Positions 8,959 through 19,350 of a DNA stretch of 43,833 bases are shown here, piece after piece. Under the pieces are notes generated by a model, which was given only the letters and a program-made list of their open reading frames with translations, was not told where the DNA came from and did not search any database. A program made the position numbers and the translations under genes. Position 1 is the first letter of the stretch; every line of letters starts with the position of its first letter. The DNA comes from Bacteroidia bacterium (GTDB lineage: Bacteria; Bacteroidota; Bacteroidia; AKYH767-A; OLB10): NCBI GenBank assembly GCA_046160245.1, contig JBJXGU010000383.1, forward strand, positions 1-43,833, read 5' to 3'.

Positions 8959-11900
8959 TTACCTCACCAAATGCACATGCCCCACTTTCTTGTGTTGCTT
9001 ACCCCAAACATCTATCACTTTTACTTGATACACATAGGTTCCTTCTTGTGCTAATTGCGATTCACCTTCAATGCTTCCATCCCACGCGCGATTGCTTTTT
9101 CCTTCACTTTGGAAAATTCTGGCTCCCCAACGGTTAAAGATGCTTAACTCTACATCAACAATATATTCACCTTGAATGTTGAATCCTTCGTTAACACCAT
9201 CTCCATTTGGAGTGAATGCATTTGGAATCCACCAGCTGAAAATTGGATCTACACGCACCCAATGTGAAACGGAATCAGGACAACCGTATGAATTCACAAC
9301 CCATAAGGTTACTAAATAATTTCCGGTATCGCGATACGTGTAAGAGGGCTCAAACTGTGTTGAAGTACCACCATCACCAAAGGTCCAGTTGTATATTAAT
9401 GCACCTGAAGAAAGATTGATAAAATCGAAATTCGGATTGAGAATATTCTGCAATGCCGGATCCGGTTCAAACTGAGCATCCGGTCCAGGATAAACGGTAA
9501 CTGCGTTGTTGATGCTTACCGTATTGGTACAACCCGAATCAGAAACAACAGTTAAGGTGACGTTGAAATTTCCACTTGCCGTATAGGTATGTGTTGGATT
9601 TTGTAAGGTAGAACTTCCACCATCACCAAAATCCCAGGCCCATGAAACTACACCTCCTGAACTTACAAAAGAAGAATCAGTAAATGGAACTACGATAGGT
9701 CCGCAACCTGGATTACTCATCTCAGTAAAATAAGCTGTCGGTAATGGATTAACGAGAACCGTACCTGTGATGGTATCGTTACAACCATCATCACTCGTTA
9801 CAAGTAATGTAATGGTATAAGTTCCCTCTTGAGTGTATACATAAGTAGGATTCGCGGAACTAGAAGTACCTACTCCATCTCCAAAATTCCAAGAGTATCC
9901 TGTGATGGTTCCTCCAGGAACAAATGATGTACTGTTAAATTGTACCGGATTATTTAAACACGGAGTGTTCGCTGTAAATCCTGCAACAGGTAAATCGTTA
10001 ATGATTACATTGGCATTGGCTGTAGCTCTACAACCATTGGAATTAGTAGTTGTTAATGTGACTACATAAGTTCCGGCATTTGCATAAGTACTACTTTCAT
10101 TGGCTAACGTTCCTGTATTACCGTTACCGAAAGTCCAATCCCAATTTACAATATTGTTATTAGCACCGGAGCTGGTATCCGCAAATGGAATATTATCACC
10201 TACGCAACCTGTTCCTGCGGTTGGCTGCGGACTCGGAGCAGCGTACACTTCAACAGAATCTGTAATGGTGTTCTTACATCCTTGGTTCGATGTAGCTTCT
10301 AGAGTAATTGTATAGAATCCTGCAGCAGGATAAAACACGGTTGGATTTTGTGCAGTACTCGTTGTACCATTTCCTAATGTCCACGACCATCCCGATAAAT
10401 TCCCAGGATTAACTGTAGAGTTATCGATGATTTGCACAGGGAAATTCAAACATACATTTCCAGCAGTGAAATCAGGAACCGGTAATGGATACACCGTTAT
10501 ACTTCGCATCACATTCGCAGTACATCCATAAGGAGTAGTGATTGATAAATTAACATTGTACGTTCCTGCTGCAGTATACGTATGCTGAGGATGCATTAAA
10601 GTATCAGTTGTGTTATCTCCAAAATCCCAAGCGTATTGGAAAGTTCCTCCGCCTACAATTTGTGATTGATCGAAGAAGTTGGTACTTCCATTTAAACAAA
10701 CATCATTGCTGGAGAAATTGGCATTCGGCACCGGGAACACATTGATGCTTCTATTCACGGTATCGATGCAGCCATTTGCATTACTAACAATTAAACTAAC
10801 GGTATAGGACCCCGTTGAATTATAAGTATGGGAAGGATTTTGAGTAGACGATGTATTTCCATCTCCAAAATTCCATGCCCAATTACTGATGGCACCTGCT
10901 GTTCCTGAAGTCGTATCATTAAACACGATTGGATTTCCTAAACATGCATTTGAAGCTGTGAAACCGGCTTGAGGAATATCGTTAATTGTTGTAGAACGAT
11001 TCAATGTATCGCTACATCCTTTGTCGGTGCTTACTACTAAACTTACATTAAAAACTCCAGGATTTGCATAAAGATGATTCGGTTGTTGTGTGGATGAGAA
11101 TGAACCATCACCAAACTCCCAATACCATCCATTCACAACACCGGTTGTTACATTTGAATTATCAACAAAGACAATTGGAGATCCATTACATACTGGATTA
11201 GCTATAAAGTCGGCAGTTGGTTTTGGATTTACAACAATTGTTTTAGCAAGAATATCTTCACATGATTGATCCGATCCCACTCGTAAAGTAACGGAGTAAG
11301 ATCCTGGTGAAGTATAATAATGGACAGGATCACTTAGTTGACTAGTAGTTCCATCTCCAAAATCCCAATTGATATCACTAATGAATCCGTTAGTCAATTG
11401 AGAATTATTCGTGAATTGAACAGAATCTCCCTCGCAAACATCGTTGGCAACAAAGTCGGCGACAGGCATTGGATCGATAGTAATAGACTGTAAGATGGTG
11501 TCGTTACATCCAGCAGCACTTGAAACTATTAAGGTAACATTGTACACCCCTTCATTGGCGTAAGTATGCTGAGGATTTTGCAATGATGATGTTGTACCAT
11601 CACCCAATTGCCAAGCCCAAGTAGTGATGCTACCACCTCCTACCATCGATACATCGCTCAATTGTGTCACGCTGCCTTCACATACGTCAGGCGCAGTGAA
11701 ATCAGCAGTTGGCAACGGATTTACGGTAATGCTACCCGTTAGTGAATCTACACAACCAAATCCAGAAGTAGCTACTAAAGTAACTGGATACGTTCCAACT
11801 GTTGGAATGACTAAAGATGGATTTTGAACGATTGAGGAAGGACTTCCATTAACATTCCATTGCCATCCGATTATATTTCCACTCGTGATGGCAGATGTAT

Positions 11901-14900
11901 TTACAAAAGTATTGGCATCTCCTAAACAAGCCGGAGCAGCGGCAAAATTTACGGTTGGTAAAGGATGCACACTAACGTTATTCGTAAAAGATGCCGAACA
12001 TCCACCCGGATCGGTAATAGTTACTTGATATGTACCTGTACTACTCACATTGATAGATTGGGAAGCAGCTCCTGTCGACCATAGATACATCATACCCGGA
12101 TTACCTGCATCTAATAAAACATTCACACCTTGACATGCATTTACATTGATAGGTGTAGCACTCAAACCGGTTCCTCCTTCCGTTACATTGAAGGTTCCCG
12201 AACCTTGACAACCAAAAGCATTGGTAACAACAACTGAATAAACACCGGGATCCGTCACACCTATGGTTTGCGTAACAGCACCACTTGGCGTCCATAAATA
12301 AGTCATTCCGGGATTACCTGCATCTAATGTTGCGCTAAATCCTGTGCAGAAGAAAGCGTTCGATCCCACCACCGATGGTGTTGGATTTGTATTTACTTGT
12401 ACAGTATCTTTTCTTGAACAACCCGCAGAACTTGTCACGGTTACAATATAATTTGTAGAAGTAGTTGGATTCACATAAACTGTTGCAGTAGTTGCACCGT
12501 TATGTTGCCATAAATAAGTGCTTCCTCCGGAAGCGGTCAACGAAGTTGTTGTTCCAAAGCAAATTGTTTTATCAGGACCTGCATTCGCCGTTGGCAAAGG
12601 ATTCACTACAACACGAGCAGTATCGTTTCGCGTACAGCCATTTGCTGCCGTAACGGTAACAATATAATTCGAAGTTGCCGCTGGAGAAACCGTAATCGTT
12701 GGTGTGGTAGCGCCTCCCGGATTCCAGGAGTACGTTCCACCTCCTGTTGCTGTAAGCGAAATATTACCTCCCACACAAAAAGCTTTATCAGGACCTGCAT
12801 TAGCAACCGGTAGCGCATTAATATTTACTCTTACACTATCTCTTGACGTACATCCGTTAGCGTTAGTTACTACGACGTAATACATTCCACTGGCAATTGG
12901 TGAAACGGTTATTGAATTGGCAGTAGATCCACCCGGTGACCATACATAAGTTCCACCTCCGGTTGCAGTTAATGTAGTGGATGTTCCGGCACAAATAGCA
13001 CGATTCGATCCTGCATCCGCTAAAGGTAACGCATTAATAGTAACCAACTGTGTCATGGTATCTGAACAACCATGAGTGGTTGTACCAATCAAAGTAATCG
13101 TATAATTTCCGGCGGTACTGTAGGTGATGTTCGGACTCATCTGATTAGATGTTGTTCCATTTCCAAAACTCCACTGCCAATTATTAATGACACCATTGCT
13201 GGAAGTACTTGTATTATTTATTGAAACGGTACCTCCCAAACAAATAGTGGTTGGCGTAGAAGTGAATGACAAAACAGGTTCAGGGAAAATTTGCACAACT
13301 CTACTAATCGTCGCTTTACAACCTCCGGGAGTAGAAACCTCTAAGGATACATTATAATTTCCAGCTGCAGTATAAGCATGCTGTGGACTTTGAGAAGTTG
13401 AAGTTGTTCCATCTCCAAAATTCCAATTCCAACTAATTATATTTCCAAATCCAACCGTGGATTGATCGATGAACGGAATGTTGGTTCCAATACATCCCTG
13501 CGTAAAATTAAATGCTGCCGTAGGAATCGGATAGATATTCAACGTATCGGAAAGTGTAGCCGTACAACCTTGATTTGTTGTAACCGTAAGCACCACGTTG
13601 TACGCTCCTGGAGTATTGTATACTAAAACGGGATTTTGAGCATAGGAAATATTTCCATTTCCTAAATCCCAACTCCATGATGTGATACTTCCACCATTTA
13701 CAGAAGAGGCATCAAAGAAAAACACTGAATCATTTAAACACTCATCGTTTGGCGTAAAGGCTGCTTGTGGCAGCGGATTCACTTGAACTGTATTGGCAAT
13801 GGTTCCAGTACATCCACTGGCATCGGTCACCGTTACTGAATAAACTCCTGCTGCATTTACTGAAATGGTTTGAGAATTAGAACCTGTGCTCCAAACATAA
13901 GTTGATCCAGGGAAACCAGCATCCAAAGTCGCGGATTGTCCTTGACATATAGACGTTGTATTACTATTGCTAATGACTTGTCCACCCACAGTTACTTGTG
14001 TAGATGCTATTGACGTGCATCCGGCAGCGTTAGTAACGGTTACCGAATACAAACCTTGCGTGTTGACGCTGATGGTAGGTGTGGTGGCTCCAGTACTCCA
14101 TAAATAACTCGTTCCCGTTGCACCTGGATTTAATGTAGCACTTACTCCGCTACAAATAAATACTCCGGCTGGTAAACTGATTACCGGATTTGGATTTACC
14201 GTAACATTGACGAAGGCCGTAGCTTGACAACCATTCGCATTAATTACGTTTACTGCATAAGTAGTAGACGATCCCGGTGTTACAGTGATAGTATTTGAAG
14301 AACTTCCGGATGGATTCCAGCTATATGAAACGCCACCACCGGCTGTCAATGTTGTACTTTGTCCTTGACAAATACTCACGTTAGGACTTACGGTTGCCGT
14401 AGGTAATGGATTAACGAAAACTCTAACGGTATCAACCCCCGTACATCCATTCGCATCTGTAACAATTACAGAATAAGAAGTATTAGTAGAAGGAGAAACC
14501 GATATCGTATTACTTGTGCTTCCACCGGGAGTCCAGTTAAAAGATACTCCACCGTTTGCAGTAAGCACGGCATTGCTACCAATACAAATGGTAACATCGG
14601 GTCCGGCAGTTGCTACTGGCGGACCATTCACTTGTACTGTATGTTGAACGGTATCATAACAACCAAAAGCATTCATTGCTATTAGTGTTGCTGTATACGA
14701 ACCATTATTTCCATAAGTATGAGATGGGTTTTGTAATGTAGAAGTAGATCCATCTCCAAAAAGCCAGGTATACCCTGTTGCTCCACTGGAGGTATTATTA
14801 AAAGTGATAGGAGCTCCCTGACAATTATTACCAATTACTGCAAATGCAGCAACCGGTTGCGGATTCACCACAATATTTTGCGTTACCGTATCGGTACATC

Positions 14901-16758
14901 CTGCAGAATCCGTCACTACCAAAGTGGCTGTATAGGATCCTGGTCCTCCTAAAATCACAGATGGATTTTGAGAACTAGATGAACCACCGTTACTAAACGA
15001 CCATGACCAGCCTGACCCAGCCGGTGTACTGGTGTTCGTAAAGTTGATAAAGGACCCAGCACAAACCGTATCGGTACTAAAAGATGCAATTGGTAAAGGT
15101 GCAATTACTACAGGAAGAACAAGTGTATCGGTACAGCCAAAAATATTCTCAACAATCAATGAAACATTATAGGTTCCACTTCCCGGAAATGTATGTAAAG
15201 GATTTTGAAGATTTGATCCGGTACCATCACCAAAATTCCAAGTCCAACTTGACATTCCTCCTGCCGTCGTACTTAGATCGGTGAATTGAATGGGAGCATT
15301 TCCGCAAGCACCATCCCAGGTGAAATCAGCTAGGGGTTGAAAGGCTGCTATAATTTCAACTGTATCAGTACTCGAACAAGTACCATCAGAAACGGTTACT
15401 ACATACGTTCCCACTCCAACCGTTTGTGTTGGATTCGTAAATCCGTTGCTCCATAAATAAGTATAAGGAGGATTTCCACCACTTGCGTTGGCGGTGACGG
15501 TGGCAAGATCACTACAAGCTATGTATTGATCCGGGCCTGCGTCGACGGTAATACCCGTGACCGTTATACAATATGAATAAGTATTCGATCCGATAAAAGG
15601 ACAAGCATCATCACTTACACGAACTGTGAAGCAATGAGCGCTGTTACTAATATCAGCTTGAGTCGGAGTCCAGCAAAATGTTCCGGTTGGATGTGGAGAA
15701 CCCGCTGATGTAAACGTAGCATTTGGAATTGCATTATTCCAAAACAAGCCAACTTGTTGTCCAGCATTTATATCATTTGAAAACACATCAAAACAAAAAC
15801 TTTCATTTGCACAAACCGTCATATCAAAACTATTGGTTCCATTAATTCCTGTTAAAGTAGGAAGATCATTGGTACAATTTAAAACGGTAATTTGAATATC
15901 ACGCACTACATAACCAATCAACACACCGTTTCTATACTCTTTCACTAACACCGCCATTACGGTTACTTGCAATTGAGAAGGTGTAAAACAAATATCGCCT
16001 GTTTGAGGATTAAATTGAATTGGCCCAGTGGTCGCCAACGGATTAGTAGCATTATATGGAACGATATAACTCACATCATTGGTTACTGTTTGACGAGGGT
16101 TTACCAAAGAATAAACTAATGAGTCACCATCCGCATCTGTTGCACCATGGTTAAAACACAATTGCTGACCTAAGCAAGCGAAAGGAACGGGCTTATTAGT
16201 AAAGGTAGGAGAACTATTGCAAGGTGTGATGGTATTATTTAAAGAAGCATATATATAAAATGTATTAGAACCTGGACTACTGATGGTATTGATCGCTGCA
16301 TTTCTACAACATAGCGAATAAGAAAATTGCCAATCGGGACATTGCATCGGAAGTGTTACCACTCCTTCGTACACCCATTCTTGAATTCCTGTAAACGTTC
16401 CACCATTACAAGTACTTTGTGCAGTAGGACATAAATAGGTTACTTCTTGACCGGTGCCCGGGATGGGATTACAGGTAACACCTAATGTTTGACCACAACT
16501 TACAGATCGAATGTTTACATAAACATTAGCCGGAGCTAAGATTCCAATACAATCTCGATAAAACGACAATCGCACTTTGTAGGTGTTTCCACCAAGGCAT
16601 TCATAAGTCAGGTCGGCACCCATAGCGTGACTCGCTTTTGCTGGATCAGCCCGAAGGATGAACAGCAAGGCTGTCAGGATAAGTAAGCTTCTTCGTAGTT
16701 TTCGACTCATAACATCTCTTTTTTCGTTTCTACCACCTGTTAGTTGGGACAATTTCAC
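8959..16758 (-). CDS. Giant PKD/Ig-repeat surface protein with T9SS type-B (gliding-motility-associated) CTD
   Basis: Signal peptide ending AKA; about 17 WxW(F/L)G(D/N)G PKD repeats and about 10 YxWSTG/WxPGG Ig-like repeats counted by eye; C-terminal IPNAFTPNGDGVNE...IFNRWG...WDG...G.V.LVR. Confidence 0.92.
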   Translation of the reverse strand: MKLSQLTGGRNEKRDVMSRKLRRSLLILTALLFILRADPAKASHAMGADLTYECLGGNTYKVRLSFYRDCIGILAPANVYVNIRSVSCGQTLGVTCNPIPGTGQEVTYLCPTAQSTCNGGTFTGIQEWVYEGVVTLPMQCPDWQFSYSLCCRNAAINTISSPGSNTFYIYASLNNTITPCNSSPTFTNKPVPFACLGQQLCFNHGATDADGDSLVYSLVNPRQTVTNDVSYIVPYNATNPLATTGPIQFNPQTGDICFTPSQLQVTVMAVLVKEYRNGVLIGYVVRDIQITVLNCTNDLPTLTGINGTNSFDMTVCANESFCFDVFSNDINAGQQVGLFWNNAIPNATFTSAGSPHPTGTFCWTPTQADISNSAHCFTVRVSDDACPFIGSNTYSYCITVTGITVDAGPDQYIACSDLATVTANASGGNPPYTYLWSNGFTNPTQTVGVGTYVVTVSDGTCSSTDTVEIIAAFQPLADFTWDGACGNAPIQFTDLSTTAGGMSSWTWNFGDGTGSNLQNPLHTFPGSGTYNVSLIVENIFGCTDTLVLPVVIAPLPIASFSTDTVCAGSFINFTNTSTPAGSGWSWSFSNGGSSSSQNPSVILGGPGSYTATLVVTDSAGCTDTVTQNIVVNPQPVAAFAVIGNNCQGAPITFNNTSSGATGYTWLFGDGSTSTLQNPSHTYGNNGSYTATLIAMNAFGCYDTVQHTVQVNGPPVATAGPDVTICIGSNAVLTANGGVSFNWTPGGSTSNTISVSPSTNTSYSVIVTDANGCTGVDTVRVFVNPLPTATVSPNVSICQGQSTTLTAGGGVSYSWNPSGSSSNTITVTPGSSTTYAVNVINANGCQATAFVNVTVNPNPVISLPAGVFICSGVSATLNPGATGTSYLWSTGATTPTISVNTQGLYSVTVTNAAGCTSIASTQVTVGGQVISNSNTTSICQGQSATLDAGFPGSTYVWSTGSNSQTISVNAAGVYSVTVTDASGCTGTIANTVQVNPLPQAAFTPNDECLNDSVFFFDASSVNGGSITSWSWDLGNGNISYAQNPVLVYNTPGAYNVVLTVTTNQGCTATLSDTLNIYPIPTAAFNFTQGCIGTNIPFIDQSTVGFGNIISWNWNFGDGTTSTSQSPQHAYTAAGNYNVSLEVSTPGGCKATISRVVQIFPEPVLSFTSTPTTICLGGTVSINNTSTSSNGVINNWQWSFGNGTTSNQMSPNITYSTAGNYTITLIGTTTHGCSDTMTQLVTINALPLADAGSNRAICAGTSTTLTATGGGTYVWSPGGSTANSITVSPIASGMYYVVVTNANGCTSRDSVRVNINALPVANAGPDKAFCVGGNISLTATGGGTYSWNPGGATTPTITVSPAATSNYIVTVTAANGCTRNDTARVVVNPLPTANAGPDKTICFGTTTSLTASGGSTYLWQHNGATTATVYVNPTTSTNYIVTVTSSAGCSRKDTVQVNTNPTPSVVGSNAFFCTGFSATLDAGNPGMTYLWTPSGAVTQTIGVTDPGVYSVVVTNAFGCQGSGTFNVTEGGTGLSATPINVNACQGVNVLLDAGNPGMMYLWSTGAASQSINVSSTGTYQVTITDPGGCSASFTNNVSVHPLPTVNFAAAPACLGDANTFVNTSAITSGNIIGWQWNVNGSPSSIVQNPSLVIPTVGTYPVTLVATSGFGCVDSLTGSITVNPLPTADFTAPDVCEGSVTQLSDVSMVGGGSITTWAWQLGDGTTSSLQNPQHTYANEGVYNVTLIVSSAAGCNDTILQSITIDPMPVADFVANDVCEGDSVQFTNNSQLTNGFISDINWDFGDGTTSQLSDPVHYYTSPGSYSVTLRVGSDQSCEDILAKTIVVNPKPTADFIANPVCNGSPIVFVDNSNVTTGVVNGWYWEFGDGSFSSTQQPNHLYANPGVFNVSLVVSTDKGCSDTLNRSTTINDIPQAGFTASNACLGNPIVFNDTTSGTAGAISNWAWNFGDGNTSSTQNPSHTYNSTGSYTVSLIVSNANGCIDTVNRSINVFPVPNANFSSNDVCLNGSTNFFDQSQIVGGGTFQYAWDFGDNTTDTLMHPQHTYTAAGTYNVNLSITTPYGCTANVMRSITVYPLPVPDFTAGNVCLNFPVQIIDNSTVNPGNLSGWSWTLGNGTTSTAQNPTVFYPAAGFYTITLEATSNQGCKNTITDSVEVYAAPSPQPTAGTGCVGDNIPFADTSSGANNNIVNWDWTFGNGNTGTLANESSTYANAGTYVVTLTTTNSNGCRATANANVIINDLPVAGFTANTPCLNNPVQFNSTSFVPGGTITGYSWNFGDGVGTSSSANPTYVYTQEGTYTITLLVTSDDGCNDTITGTVLVNPLPTAYFTEMSNPGCGPIVVPFTDSSFVSSGGVVSWAWDFGDGGSSTLQNPTHTYTASGNFNVTLTVVSDSGCTNTVSINNAVTVYPGPDAQFEPDPALQNILNPNFDFINLSSGALIYNWTFGDGGTSTQFEPSYTYRDTGNYLVTLWVVNSYGCPDSVSHWVRVDPIFSWWIPNAFTPNGDGVNEGFNIQGEYIVDVELSIFNRWGARIFQSEGKSNRAWDGSIEGESQLAQEGTYVYQVKVIDVWGKQHKKVGHVHLVR

Positions 16759-16780
16759 AGGAATACTTTTATGGTAAAAA

Positions 16781-16788
16781 CAAAGCTA
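16781..16788 (-). promoter_or_regulatory. Bacteroidota -7 promoter box TAGCTTTG
   Basis: Matches TAnnTTTG 22 nt upstream of the giant PKD gene. Confidence 0.55.
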
Positions 16789-17111
16789 TGGTGAGATCAA
16801 GAGGAGTATTGTCTTCATTCTATCAGGATATGTACGATGTAAGAAATACAGTCTTCCTACATCCAATAATCAACATAAAATACTGGTTTACATGAATTTA
16901 TATAATAACAAATTGTATTCATGAAAAATTAAGATGAAAGAAAAACATCAAAAGAAATCGATTATAGAAAAATAAAAATTGAATAGATCAAAAAGTCATT
17001 ATTCATTACAAATGATAAATCAATGAATTAAAATTAAACCTTACTAAAACAAAAAAGAAATGTTGCTAAACTACCTATAAAATATCGTGCCATCACAGGC
17101 TATCAATCAAA

Positions 17112-17615
17112 TTAAATTAATTTTCGGTTGAAAATTTCTTTTAACCAATACGTATACTGATCGGGGTGCATTTTAATGTCAGCTTTAAGATCATCTAAAG
17201 AAATCCATTTATAATGCTGAGCTTCCTCTGGATTTAAAATCGGGGTATCACTCGACTCTCCTACTAAAATATAGTCAAGCTCATTTTCAATTAATCCATT
17301 CGGGAATTCCGCTCGATATATAAAATAATTCTTGATGATGAGTTCATCAACCTTTAAACCCATCTCTTCCTGCAGTCGTTGTTTAGCACATTCCACCAAA
17401 TCCATGGTAGGTGCAGGATGACTGCAACAGGTATTAGTCCACAATCCACCGCTGTGATATTTTCCTTGGGCACGCTGTTGAATTAGTAATTCCTTATTTG
17501 GATTAAAAATAAAGATAGAAAAAGCACGATGCAAAAGACCCTCTTGATGAGCTTTCAGCTTTTCGGACACGCCAATTTCTAAATCCTGTTCATCTACTAA
17601 AATAACTTCATTCAT
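17112..17615 (-). CDS. idi: Isopentenyl-diphosphate delta-isomerase, type 1
   Basis: KLKAH..GLLHRAFS, WTNTCCSHP, RL.EEMG, E.E.DY motifs. Confidence 0.95.
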   Translation of the reverse strand: MNEVILVDEQDLEIGVSEKLKAHQEGLLHRAFSIFIFNPNKELLIQQRAQGKYHSGGLWTNTCCSHPAPTMDLVECAKQRLQEEMGLKVDELIIKNYFIYRAEFPNGLIENELDYILVGESSDTPILNPEEAQHYKWISLDDLKADIKMHPDQYTYWLKEIFNRKLI

Positions 17616-17739
17616 AGTTCGAAGATAACACCGTTGTGGATGTAAAGTTTATCTTATTGAAAAATAAATTGAATACATTACCATTTCGAATTTCAATACT
17701 GCTTCGTTCATTACATACTGCTTAGTTCATTTCAAAGGT

Positions 17740-17880
17740 GACACTAAATATTAAATCCCCTAATGACTTAGATGTTTAAATGTCGCACAACCTACGCAGT
17801 ACACAGTATACGACATTAAATGTTAAATACCCTAATGCTTTTGATGTTTTATGTCGCATATCCTACGCAGTACGTAGTAA
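17740..17880. repeat. Imperfect tandem duplication of about 71-72 bp containing CCTACGCAGTAC
   Basis: Units 17740-17811 and 17812-17880 align (GACA.TAAAT.TTAAAT.CCCTAATG...ATGTCGCA...CCTACGCAGTAC). Confidence 0.75.
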
Positions 17881-17892
17881 AATTGAAAAGGA

Positions 17893-18546
17893 CTATTTTT
17901 TCGTAAACTTTTTTACTGAAATCTTTTTAAATGCGTCTTCGTAAATAAAAGTATAGAGTCCAACCGAAAGTTGACTGATATCGATTTGCATATTTTTTTC
18001 TTTAATCGTTGACTCTAACACCAAAGCGCCATGATTATTCATAATCCGATAAGCACCACCGAATAAATCGCTATTTAATTTCAACTGAAGCAAACTGGAG
18101 GCTGGATTTGGAAACAGTTCAAAAATTTCTTTTTCCAACTCTATATTTCCACTTGCAATATTAACAACGAATGTCAACGAATCGGTTGGTCCGGGAACAA
18201 TGCCGGGGGTACATGGCCCTGGTGACAATCCGGCATCTACATGATAATAGAAAATATAAGTCCCAGCGGGTATAAGACCGAGGTTGAAAGTATCTTTATC
18301 ATTACAAATAAAAAGTGCTGCCCCCAAACAATGAATAGCATCCGCAAGAATTGAATTGCCGGATTGAAACACATTTAACGTTTTATCAATACAATCGCCG
18401 GAAGGAAAATCCACTTCAGCAATTAATTGAACTGGAGTATTCGTTGTAAGGACAGATGGATTTGTCCACAATTGTTGAATCCATTGGCCTTGACAATTCA
18501 AGGTTGAGAGAAAACTAATGAAGCTAACGAGTAAGTATTTTTTCAT
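17893..18546 (-). CDS. Small secreted protein with T9SS type-A CTD
   Basis: Signal peptide; C-terminal FPNPA...IDIS.L..GLY...KKFTKK. Confidence 0.82.
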   Translation of the reverse strand: MKKYLLVSFISFLSTLNCQGQWIQQLWTNPSVLTTNTPVQLIAEVDFPSGDCIDKTLNVFQSGNSILADAIHCLGAALFICNDKDTFNLGLIPAGTYIFYYHVDAGLSPGPCTPGIVPGPTDSLTFVVNIASGNIELEKEIFELFPNPASSLLQLKLNSDLFGGAYRIMNNHGALVLESTIKEKNMQIDISQLSVGLYTFIYEDAFKKISVKKFTKK

Positions 18547-18666
18547 GGTATTTGAATTTAAAAGATAAAGGTATTAAAAGTGAATCATCTAATAAATCGA
18601 AACTTGAGACCTTCATCATAATAATGTAAAAATTTATGGTTCAAGTATTTAAATCAAAAAGCATAC

Positions 18667-18694
18667 GTAGTATCAAGGCATGCCTTGATACTAC
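18667..18694. repeat. Perfect 28-bp palindrome GTAGTATCAAGGCATGCCTTGATACTAC (GTAG-REP-like)
   Basis: Exact inverted symmetry with GTAG...CTAC ends. Confidence 0.7.
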
Positions 18695-18696
18695 AA

Positions 18697-18817
18697 TTTC
18701 TGCCTCGGCTTAAAAAAAGGATCACCCAGTAGCGTGCTTTGCTCTGCTACTGGGTGATCCCTTGGTATCCCATCGTCAACATCAAAAGAAACGCTGCGCT
18801 ATTTTTACTTTTTTATC
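18697..18817. repeat. Distal copy of the tRNA-linked structured repeat (modules D-A-C)
   Basis: 18719-18817 is nearly identical to 22274-22371; 18697-18761 matches 22392-22456. Confidence 0.9.
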
Positions 18818-19298
18818 TATTTACACACCTATGTGCCGAAGATAAAGCAATATCATTAAAGGAATTACACCAATTTGAAATGACAAATTTAAGCAACAAT
18901 AAGAACCATTTATTAGAAATTGCTTGTGGAATTGCACTTTAATGTATCAGGCCGAATGACAGAATAAACAACTCAACGGTTTTGTTTTCCAGGATTAACA
19001 AGCCACTAATAATATTAAACTTAAAATCCATCGGAAAACTATTTAAAATCCGAGCTCATATTAAAGTAAAGTTAGCCTTACTCTATTTTCCATATTCAAA
19101 AAAAAGAGCATATAACCCATTTCGGCTATGGAATAAGAAAAAGATTCAACAGCCATTGGAACTTCGAATGAAAAATCATAAATACAAAAATAATTCTGAA
19201 CTCCTAATTTCGATTTTAAATGCGCACACATTTTTTGGAAGTGGGCTCAAAACAAAATAGAACTTTAAAGAAAAGAACTTTATTCTTATTCTTCATAT

Positions 19299-19336
19299 AA
19301 AAAAAGCGAGGCATTTAATTAATAAAAATGCCTCGC
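19299..19336 (-). terminator. Rho-independent terminator
   Basis: GCGAGGCATTT/AAATGCCTCGC stem plus T-run on the minus strand after the stop at 19351. Confidence 0.8.
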
Positions 19337-19350
19337 CCGAAACAATTGAA

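Noticed and set aside
8959-16758. DGR-like template/variable repeats or recent DNA duplications among the PKD repeats
   Set aside because: The repeats are diverged at DNA level, no adenine-specific pair was noticed, and no reverse transcriptase is present
18739-19260. ORFs 18739..18942 and 18982..19260
   Set aside because: TTG starts, the first overlaps the repeat, and neither has recognisable motifs; likely spurious
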